A stretch of DNA of 63,908 bases, the filler included, from an uncultured Methanosarcinales archaeon (GTDB lineage Archaea; Nanobdellota; Nanobdellia; Woesearchaeales; JACPBV01), in the NCBI GenBank assembly GCA_964492935.1. It is 3 parts of 3 records of this genome, joined end to end, with 100 filler letters (N's around TTAATTAATTAA, not from the genome) between each part and the next. Parts side by side here need not be neighbours in the genome. Positions count along the whole stretch, not along the records: positions 1 to 26,777 come from CAZBLF010000014.1; positions 26,878 to 52,281 come from CAZBLF010000015.1; 1 more part is not named here. The stretch is one strand, 5' to 3'. The stretch's first letter is position 1, and every line of letters begins with the position of its first letter. Of this stretch, positions 19,262 to 27,094 are shown one piece after another. The notes under the pieces are model-generated. The model searched no databases. It saw only the letters and a list, made by a program, of their open reading frames with translations, and had not been told where the DNA came from. The position numbers were made by a program, and so were the translations under genes.

Positions 19262-20413
19262 ATGGTTGCTACATCGATGCATTATATTTTTGGTGTGTTG
19301 ATTGCATATTTTCTTGGCTATCGCGGAAATAAGAAATTTTGGATTGGTTTAGTTGCGGTGATTCCTGATTTGGATGCGATTTTCTTTATTGTTCTGGCTG
19401 CTGGTCGGAATATTTTCAATTATAGCTTGGATTTTTATGAGAGTTCGCAGACTGCAGTTATGATGTTGGGGCATCGAGGGATTAGTCATTCGTTGTTGTT
19501 GCTTGGTGTGGTGTTGTTGGTTACATTAGCTTTTACTCGAAAGAGGCAGACGTTACTTGCTGTTTTTTGCATTTGGGGCTCGCACTTGGTGTTGGATGCT
19601 TTAACTTCATGGAAGATGTTTCCGTTGTTGCCGTTTTCGTATGCTCCCTTTTATTTAGGGATTGTTGAGGTGTTTGATAGCTGGTTGATGTTCTTTACCT
19701 CGTTGATGTTGGCATTCTTGATCTGCTCATCGTTGATTGAGAATGAATCGAAGAAGGGCCCGGTGTTTGCTTACCTATTCTTTCTGTTGTTGGGAGTGTA
19801 TCCTGCAATAAGAATGAATGAATTTAATATTCAGACTCTGGTGCTGTCGCAGCTCGTTATGTTGGTTGCTATCGTGTATTGTGTTCAGGCGTTGAAAAAG
19901 CGTCGCAAGAGGAGGTTGGTTCGGTTTGTTGGTCGTGGCGTTAAGGTAAGTTCATTTCTTGCGGTTGGCTATCTAGTATTGTTGATTGTTGGAAAGGCTT
20001 TCTTTGCATTTTCTTATTCTGTGCCGTTTACTGCTCTTGAACCGTTGGAGGAATTTGCTTTTAATGGGAATACTCACACGTACGAGTTGATTGAGGGAGA
20101 TGCGTATCGTGTTGGAATGGTTTCATTGATGGGAAGGGAACAAGAATTAGTGATTCCGATTGTGGTTAATGATATTGGGGTTGATGGTCGATTGGTGCAG
20201 GAATATCGGGAAGCGTATGGGTATGCGTTGCATACGAACTGGATTAATTATCCGGTGTGGACGTTTAAATCTGAAAACGGCGAGATTTATGTTACTATTC
20301 GGTATGCTAAGAGTTTCTTGCCTACGGAGTTTAATCCTGGACCTTCTCGAGGTATGAATGTGCAATTGCAGGATGGGATGTTGATTCGTTATGGTAGAAC
20401 TCGGTTTGATTAA
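19262..20413 (+). CDS. Membrane-bound metal-dependent hydrolase (YdjM-like)
   Basis: H..., IPDLD, HRGISHS, SHLVLD motifs and multiple TMs. Confidence 0.82.
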   Translation: MVATSMHYIFGVLIAYFLGYRGNKKFWIGLVAVIPDLDAIFFIVLAAGRNIFNYSLDFYESSQTAVMMLGHRGISHSLLLLGVVLLVTLAFTRKRQTLLAVFCIWGSHLVLDALTSWKMFPLLPFSYAPFYLGIVEVFDSWLMFFTSLMLAFLICSSLIENESKKGPVFAYLFFLLLGVYPAIRMNEFNIQTLVLSQLVMLVAIVYCVQALKKRRKRRLVRFVGRGVKVSSFLAVGYLVLLIVGKAFFAFSYSVPFTALEPLEEFAFNGNTHTYELIEGDAYRVGMVSLMGREQELVIPIVVNDIGVDGRLVQEYREAYGYALHTNWINYPVWTFKSENGEIYVTIRYAKSFLPTEFNPGPSRGMNVQLQDGMLIRYGRTRFD

Positions 20414-21843
20414 TAGCCGCGACCGAATAGAATCTTAGCTACTGCTTCTTTATTGCATTGAACGCATTTTCCTGTTGCTAGGGTTTTTGCGAATGGGATG
20501 TTGAGTGATTTTGCACCGCCGGTTTTGTCTTTTGTGATTTCTTCACAGCTTTCTTGGCCGCACGATAGGGCTAGGGCTAGTTTTTTGTCATCGATCGCTT
20601 TCTTGAACTGTTTCATGTCTTTTACTTCAACAATGTTTTCTTCTAGTGCTTTTTTTGATTGTTTATAGAGATTTTTTTGGATTGCTTCTAGGGTTTTGTC
20701 TACGTAGTCTTTAAGGTCATCTATTTTGACGGTTTCTTTCTTTTGGAGATCTCTTCTGTAGACTACGACTTCATCTTTTTCTAGGTCTCTTGGGCCTAAT
20801 TCTATTCTGATGGGGACTCCTTTTAATTCGTATTCGTTGAATTTCCAGCCGGGCGAGTATTCGTCGCGATCGTCTAGTTTTGCATCTAGGGTTTTCGCGA
20901 TGTCTTTTGCGGCTTTCAGTACTTTTGCTTTTGAGTCTTTGAATAAGATAGGGACAATGACGGTTTTGATGGGCGCTAGGCTTGGAGGGAGTACTAAACC
21001 ATTGTCATCGCCGTGGACCATGATTAAGACGCCAATCATTCTTGTCGTTATTGCCCAGGTGTTCTGCCAGGCGTGTTCGGTCTTTTCGTCTTTGCTGAGG
21101 AAAGTGATGTCAAATGCTTTTGCGAAGTTTTGGCCGTCGTGATGAGCATCTGGGCCTTGGATTGCCTTGCCATTGGGTAGGAAGTACTCTATGGATAGGG
21201 TGTAGAGTGCTCCGGCGAACTTTTCGTGGTCTGTCTTTCTGCCGGGAACGCCGTGTAAGGCAAATAAGTCTCGAGAGACGTCTTCCCACATTTGGAGTCT
21301 TTGGTTGCACTCCTTTTCTGCTTCCTCTTGGGTTGCAAAGACGGTGTGGCCTTCGCACCAGAGGAATTCTCTCGTTCTTAGAAACGGTACAGGGTGTTTG
21401 AATTCCCATCGTACTACATTGTTCCATTGGTTGTACAGTAAAGGTAGATCTCTATGTGAACGAATCCACTTGGAATAGGATTCATACATGATGGTTTCTG
21501 AAGTAGGTCGAATAGCTAAGCGTTCGTCTAGTTTGGAGTCGCCTGCATGGGTTACCCAGGCTACCTCGGGAGAGAAGCCTTCAACGTGGGCTGCTTCCTT
21601 TTGGAGTAGTTTTTCTGGGATGAGAAGTGGGAAGTATACGTTTTCGATGCCATCTGCCTTTAGTCGTTTATCTACCTCTGATTGAATTTTCTCCCAGATG
21701 GCGTAGGAATAGGGTTTGAAGATGATGCAGCCGGAAACGGATGAATAGTCTGCTAGATCTGCTTTTTGGATGACTTCGGTGTACCAGGTGGACATGTCTT
21801 CGTGTTTCTTTACACTCAGGCCTGCAGATTGTTTTTTCCCCAT
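20410..21843 (-). CDS. proS: Proline--tRNA ligase, archaeal/eukaryal type
   Basis: WYTEV, RPTSET, QWNNVVRWE, FLRTREFLW.EGHT, C-terminal FGRGY. Confidence 0.97.
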   Translation of the reverse strand: MGKKQSAGLSVKKHEDMSTWYTEVIQKADLADYSSVSGCIIFKPYSYAIWEKIQSEVDKRLKADGIENVYFPLLIPEKLLQKEAAHVEGFSPEVAWVTHAGDSKLDERLAIRPTSETIMYESYSKWIRSHRDLPLLYNQWNNVVRWEFKHPVPFLRTREFLWCEGHTVFATQEEAEKECNQRLQMWEDVSRDLFALHGVPGRKTDHEKFAGALYTLSIEYFLPNGKAIQGPDAHHDGQNFAKAFDITFLSKDEKTEHAWQNTWAITTRMIGVLIMVHGDDNGLVLPPSLAPIKTVIVPILFKDSKAKVLKAAKDIAKTLDAKLDDRDEYSPGWKFNEYELKGVPIRIELGPRDLEKDEVVVYRRDLQKKETVKIDDLKDYVDKTLEAIQKNLYKQSKKALEENIVEVKDMKQFKKAIDDKKLALALSCGQESCEEITKDKTGGAKSLNIPFAKTLATGKCVQCNKEAVAKILFGRGY

Positions 21844-21883
21844 GTGCTAGAAGATAACGTTAGGGTATAAAAAGGTTATTGGT

Positions 21884-22537
21884 CTATACCTTGGCCCACA
21901 CATCCAACGTATTGTTGAAGTCTCCTAGTGATTCATCCTTGTGGTAGGGGAAAATCTTTGCTTTTTCGTGCGTACTAAGGGTTTCGAGATGCTTCCGGTG
22001 CCACTCTTTAATCACTTCCGAGGGTGCATCGTCTGGCACTATCAGTACTGGCATTCTTGCAGTTAATACTGGAGAATTGTATTTAAACAATACCCTTCGT
22101 TTTCTGAGTTCGCGAGGTAGTGGCTCTTCAAGGTATCGAATTATGGTTCCGAGCACTGCATGATCATACTTTTTGAGTTCTTCTAGGACTGTTTCGTTGT
22201 TGAAGAGGTCATCGACATATCGAATTGCGTACTTTTGATTCATGGGATGGAGACCTGATTCGCTAATAGGGAACCAGAACGGCCGTGTATACTCTGCGTT
22301 AGGGTTAATCAGATATTTCAATTCAAGGTGTTGTGATCCTGGTTCGTTAATGACTCCATTGTTACAGGCTTTGATTTTATGTTTTATGGGTTCCTGACCT
22401 CGCGTAGGAGGATGTTCAAGCGCATGTTCTACTAGTTCACCTACATTCTCGGGAACTATGAATGACTTTCTTAGGTCCAGGCTATTAAACAGGTCGTCTA
22501 GGTACTGTTGGGTTTGTGTGTTTTCGTTTTTTTCCAT
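21884..22537 (-). CDS. Hypothetical protein
   Basis: 217-aa ORF, no motif recognised. Confidence 0.6.
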   Translation of the reverse strand: MEKNENTQTQQYLDDLFNSLDLRKSFIVPENVGELVEHALEHPPTRGQEPIKHKIKACNNGVINEPGSQHLELKYLINPNAEYTRPFWFPISESGLHPMNQKYAIRYVDDLFNNETVLEELKKYDHAVLGTIIRYLEEPLPRELRKRRVLFKYNSPVLTARMPVLIVPDDAPSEVIKEWHRKHLETLSTHEKAKIFPYHKDESLGDFNNTLDVWAKV

Positions 22538-22642
22538 TTTGTCTCTACTATATAGTAATTAACCAGGTATTTAAATGTTTCGATTTTGTTCATTTCTGAG
22601 AGCCTTTATATTGTCCTTCTACCGACGGGAGCGATAGGTTTA

Positions 22643-22660
22643 TATAGATAGTAAAGAGTA
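22643..22660 (+). promoter_or_regulatory. Candidate operator TAT(A/G)GATAGTAAAGAGTA, copy 1 (overlaps the TATA of the regulator)
   Basis: 17/18 identical to 23571-23588. Confidence 0.5.
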
Positions 22661-22686
22661 CCCTATATATTATAGATACAAAGGAT

Positions 22687-23568
22687 ATGGACATACGAAA
22701 CGTACAGAAAACCGGCAATATGCATTATGTGTACCTGCCGACGAGTTGGTGTAAGCAGTACAAGATTAGTTCTTCGAGTAAGGTGAGTATTACTAGTAAT
22801 AATGATGGTAGTTTGACGGTTAGTCCGGATACGAGAGAGGCGGAACAGCATCATTTGACGTTGGATATTCCTTCTGCTACGCCTTCGATGTTGATTAAGC
22901 TGATTATGGCGTGTTACATCAATCCTACACAGTCTTTTACGCTAAAACTTGCAAAACAGACTAATTTGGCTGCGTTGTTGGATAAACGTAAGTCCATTTC
23001 TGCGTTAGAATTTGTGGAATTGGAGGGAGATACTATTACCCATGAGTCGAGTATCTCGATTAAGGATCCTAAAACGTTATTGAAGACGATGGTGAAGAAG
23101 ATTCACAGTCTTTCGCATGTGATGATCGATAACTATGATCTTGACCTGATTAATCGGTATGAGGAGGAGATTGATAAAAGTAAGCTGTTAATTACGAAAT
23201 CGGTTGTGAGTTCGTTGGCGGAGAACGTGGCGATGACGATTAAGCCGTTGGATTTACATTATATTGCTTTGGTTGCGTCGCATCTTGAGCGCATGGTGGA
23301 TTCATTGATTTTGGTAGATCGTAAGGAGACGGCATTCTTAAAACAGGTTTCCTCGATTCTTGAGTCTTTGAAGGAGCTAACTGATCAGTTATCGAGTCTT
23401 GACTTAACGAGAGTTATTGCGTTTGAGGCGCTGGCGACTGGATTGAGGACGCCGGACGTTAATAATATTAAGACGTATGGGATGAGAAGGATTAGAATTA
23501 ATTTGAATAAGGTGACTGAGGTCCTGTTTGATTGGGTGATTAGTAACAAAATAGCTAAAAACAAATAG
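22687..23568 (+). CDS. AbrB/SpoVT-PhoU type transcriptional regulator
   Basis: RNVQKTG...VYLPTSW AbrB N-terminus; EEEIDK and HLERMVD PhoU-like helices. Confidence 0.8.
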   Translation: MDIRNVQKTGNMHYVYLPTSWCKQYKISSSSKVSITSNNDGSLTVSPDTREAEQHHLTLDIPSATPSMLIKLIMACYINPTQSFTLKLAKQTNLAALLDKRKSISALEFVELEGDTITHESSISIKDPKTLLKTMVKKIHSLSHVMIDNYDLDLINRYEEEIDKSKLLITKSVVSSLAENVAMTIKPLDLHYIALVASHLERMVDSLILVDRKETAFLKQVSSILESLKELTDQLSSLDLTRVIAFEALATGLRTPDVNNIKTYGMRRIRINLNKVTEVLFDWVISNKIAKNK

Positions 23569-23570
23569 TG

Positions 23571-23588
23571 TATGGATAGTAAAGAGTA
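23571..23588 (+). promoter_or_regulatory. Candidate operator, copy 2 (upstream of the ATP synthase operon)
   Basis: 17/18 identical to 22643-22660. Confidence 0.5.
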
Positions 23589-23632
23589 TAGGGATATAAA
23601 AGCACACAAAATATCAGTCGTGGAGGGGTAAT

Positions 23633-23941
23633 ATGTTAGGAATTATACAAGAATTGAAAAATACTGAGAAAAAGGCAGCTCATATGATTGAGGATGCTGG
23701 TAAAAAGTCAACGGTTGATTTAGAGAAAGCTGAGCAGAAAGGAAATGATGCTTTTGAGGCATTGCAGGCAGATTTAGATAAGCAGAAGCTTGATCAATTA
23801 GCGGTTGCGCAGAAGGAAGTTGATGTTGAGGTAGCAAGGATTGAGAAACAAGGTAAAAAGGATCTTGAATCTTTGAAGAAAGCAGCTACTAGCAAGAAAT
23901 CTAAAATTGTAGGGGCGGTTCAGAAAGCAATTTTACAATGA
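23633..23941 (+). CDS. A/V-type ATP synthase peripheral stalk subunit H(G)
   Basis: About 100-aa charged coiled coil (IIQELKNTEKKA) directly before subunit I. Confidence 0.75.
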   Translation: MLGIIQELKNTEKKAAHMIEDAGKKSTVDLEKAEQKGNDAFEALQADLDKQKLDQLAVAQKEVDVEVARIEKQGKKDLESLKKAATSKKSKIVGAVQKAILQ

Positions 23942-25881
23942 GTAAACCTATTGAGATGAGTAAGGTTACGCTTTTTGCTCTACAGAAGGAGCGCGCTAGG
24001 TTATTAGGTAGTATTCAGGCCCTGGGTGTATTGCAGCCGGTCGAGATTAAGCGGGATTCGGTGGAATTAGAGAAACCTAGGCAGATTGGAACCATTAAAG
24101 AGGTTGCTGATAGTTTAATTGCAGTTAGTCGCTTGGTTCGTGTTTTGAAATTAGCAGAAAGAAAGACGGATATGGTTCAGAATGTTCTTGGATTGGAGTT
24201 TTTAGAGAAGAAAGGTATTGCACGCAAGGATGATGCTACTTTGTTACAGAATGCTCAAGACTTCTTGAAGGAGCATGAAGAGGGCTTAGTTGCGTTAGAG
24301 GAACAGCATACTGCTCTTGTTGAGGAAGAGGATGAGATTACTACACACAAGCAGGTTATTGAGCAGCTGTCGGCTTTGGATGTGCCGTTGGCTGAGCTTG
24401 CGGATACTTCGAAATTGGGTATGTTAGTTGCTCGCATTCCGGTTGAGCATGCTGCTGTGTTGAGGAAGGCATTGGAAAATAAAAAGACGGTTGCATTTAA
24501 GATGAATGCTTTGTCTAAGAAAGAATATGTTGTCACACTTATTAGTTTACAGCGCTCGTTACAGGATGCGAGTACGTTATTGAAGCAGCACGGTGGTTCG
24601 ATTATTTCACTGCCTGCATGGGCATTACGTGAGGATCCGAGTGACTATATTGGGTCGCAGCTTGAGCATGTTGGGGCTGAGAAGACTAAGGTGTTGGCGC
24701 AGATTACTGGTTTATCGGAGACTTTATTTGAGGAATCTGTTGTATTACGAGAGGAACTTGAGATTGCTAAGGAGCGTTTAGAGGCCACTCATAAGATGCT
24801 GGACTCGACGAGCTTTTTTGTGATGCAGGGATGGGTTCCGAGTAAAGATATTGATCATTTTAAGGATTCGCTTACAAAAGAGATGAAGGCGGTTACGGTG
24901 TTGGTTGAAGAACCTGGCAAGGATGATAACGTTCCGGTTGCGTTACAGAATCGGAAGTCTTTGAAGCCGTTTGAGATGCTGACTGAATTATATGCATTGC
25001 CTAAATATGGCGATTTAGATCCTACGTTTATTGTGGGCCCTTTATTCTTGATCTTTGCTGCATTCATGCTGACGGATGCGGTGTATGGATTGGGTTTGGT
25101 GTTGCTTGGTGCCGTTATTCTGAAGAAATTCGCTAAGTATGATGAGGGATTGAAGCAGATAGGTATCATTATTACTGGAATGGGAAGTTTGACGATGCTG
25201 TTTGGTGTTTTGACTGGTTCTTATTTTGGAGATTTGCCTAAATATTTCTTTGGTGTTTCGTCTGCTGAACTCGCATTCTGGAAAGATCCTTTGGCAGATC
25301 CATTGTATTTCTTGATTTTGTCGATTGCTGTAGCGGTATTATACCTGAACATTGGTTTTGTTTTGGGAATGAAAGAAGATATTCGTAAAAAGGATTACAA
25401 AACGATGCTTAGAGATAGAGTATTGTGGTTTGTGTTGCAGATTGGGATTGCGTTGCTCGCTTTGGGGATTAATCCTCCTTTACTCTTTGGGGTTGGACTT
25501 GCTACGTTGATACTTGCGGGTGCGGTTATTGGTATTGTGGTTATGCATGGTCCGCTTGGTTTGCTCGGTATTTCCGGTTTGATGGGAGATATGATTAGCT
25601 TTTCCCGATTATTTGCGCTTTCTTTGTCTACTGCCGGTATTGCTTTAGCCGTTAACTTGCTTGCTAACTTAGTGAGTGAGGTTCCGTTTGTAGGGCTAAT
25701 ACTTGCATTCTTGATTTTCTTGATGGGTCATACGTTTGGATTTGTTATGAATTCTATCGGAAGCTTTGTGCATTCGTTACGATTACAGTTTGTTGAGTTT
25801 TTTGGTCGCTTTTATGAGGGTGGTGGGGATAAATTCACGCCTTTGAAAGAGGACCGCTACTATTCGGAGGTTAAGGAATGA
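23938..25881 (+). CDS. atpI: A/V-type ATP synthase subunit I (a)
   Basis: QGWVP, YALPKYGDLDPT, MLTDAVYG, ISFSRLFAL, HSLRLQFVEFFGRFYEGGG. Confidence 0.96.
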   Translation: MSKPIEMSKVTLFALQKERARLLGSIQALGVLQPVEIKRDSVELEKPRQIGTIKEVADSLIAVSRLVRVLKLAERKTDMVQNVLGLEFLEKKGIARKDDATLLQNAQDFLKEHEEGLVALEEQHTALVEEEDEITTHKQVIEQLSALDVPLAELADTSKLGMLVARIPVEHAAVLRKALENKKTVAFKMNALSKKEYVVTLISLQRSLQDASTLLKQHGGSIISLPAWALREDPSDYIGSQLEHVGAEKTKVLAQITGLSETLFEESVVLREELEIAKERLEATHKMLDSTSFFVMQGWVPSKDIDHFKDSLTKEMKAVTVLVEEPGKDDNVPVALQNRKSLKPFEMLTELYALPKYGDLDPTFIVGPLFLIFAAFMLTDAVYGLGLVLLGAVILKKFAKYDEGLKQIGIIITGMGSLTMLFGVLTGSYFGDLPKYFFGVSSAELAFWKDPLADPLYFLILSIAVAVLYLNIGFVLGMKEDIRKKDYKTMLRDRVLWFVLQIGIALLALGINPPLLFGVGLATLILAGAVIGIVVMHGPLGLLGISGLMGDMISFSRLFALSLSTAGIALAVNLLANLVSEVPFVGLILAFLIFLMGHTFGFVMNSIGSFVHSLRLQFVEFFGRFYEGGGDKFTPLKEDRYYSEVKE

Positions 25882-26777
25882 TTTTCGGTAGTGGTTTAGT
25901 GGTAAGTGAGAGTATTGCTCAGAATGTTTTAGGTTCTGATCTTACTGCTGCGGTTACGGTTGAAGGATTTGGGGTTGTTAACGCTACTACTGCTGCATTG
26001 ACTAATGTTTCTTCATCCATTGTGGAGCATAGTAGTAGTTTCTTAGGACTTGACTTTGGAGGGATTGATGGTAAATCCCTAGCTATTATGGGTGCTGCGA
26101 TTGCGGTTAGTTGTGCAGGTATTGCTTCTGCTGTGGGGGCTGGGATTGTGGGTGCAACAGGAGCTAAGGAGGCTGCTGAAGATCCAAAACGGTTCTCGAC
26201 TGCATTGTTATTCCAGGCATTACCACAGACACAGGGTATTTACGGATTTTTGATTGCTATTCTTATTTTATTGGGTGCTGGCTTGATTGGTGGCGCTAAG
26301 GAAATTACGATTGCACAGGGGCTTGGTAGCGTTGGAGCTGGATTGGCTGTTGGTGTTGCTTCGGTTTCTGCTATCGGTCAGGGATTGGCTGCATCTGCTG
26401 GTATAGGTGCTTCGGCTCGAGATAAGAAGATGTTTGGTAAATCTATTTTGTTTTCGGTGTTGCCTGAGACGCAGGCATTGTATGGCTTTTTAGTTGCTAT
26501 TCTTATTTTAGTTGGATTTGGTATGTTTGGTTCTACTGCAGTTGATATTCCTATTGCAGCTGGATGGGCAGCGATTGGTGCTGGATTAGCAATTGGTTTA
26601 GCCGGTATTTCGGCAATTGGTCAGGGTACGGCTGCGGCATCTGCAATTGGTGCTGTTTTGGAGAAATCTAAATCTTTTGGTAAATCTATTATTTTTGCGG
26701 TGTTGCCTGAGACGCAGGCATTATACGGCTTTATTATTGCGGTTCTTATTTTGATTGGATTCGGTATTCTTGGTGGT
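25878..26777 (+). CDS. atpK: A/V-type ATP synthase subunit K (c) with at least 3 hairpin repeats, truncated by the contig end
   Basis: Three repeats centred on LPQTQGIYG, LPETQALYG and LPETQALYG. Confidence 0.93.
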
Positions 26778-26877
26778 NNNNNNNNNNNNNNNNNNNNNNN
26801 NNNNNNNNNNNNNNNNNNNNNTTAATTAATTAANNNNNNNNNNNNNNNNNNNNNNNNNNNNNNNNNNNNNNNNNNNN
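26778..26877. other. Artificial contig linker (N run with TTAATTAATTAA)
   Basis: 100-nt spacer with stops in all six frames; strand composition flips across it. Confidence 0.98.
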
Positions 26878-27045
26878 CACTACTCCAGCAACCTCCTTCG
26901 TAAAACGACAGGGCATATCTACATCTAACTTCCCTAAATAAGCATCAAAATGCTTCTGATCACCTAATGCATCGAGCTTCTTCTGCTTCCACAACGCATC
27001 CTGTTTTTTCTGGATACGCTCCAATCTTCGTTGCAATACATCCAT
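26878..27045 (-). CDS. Hypothetical protein, 3'-truncated by the contig end
   Basis: ORF from ATG 27045 runs into the N linker. Confidence 0.45.
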
Positions 27046-27094
27046 ACCTATCCCCTAACTAGACCATGAAGAACAATCTATAAAACAGTTTCGC

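Noticed and set aside
26778..26877. TTAATTAATTAA palindrome inside N runs (also 52282-52381)
   Set aside because: Artificial contig-joining linker; not biological, and synteny across it is meaningless
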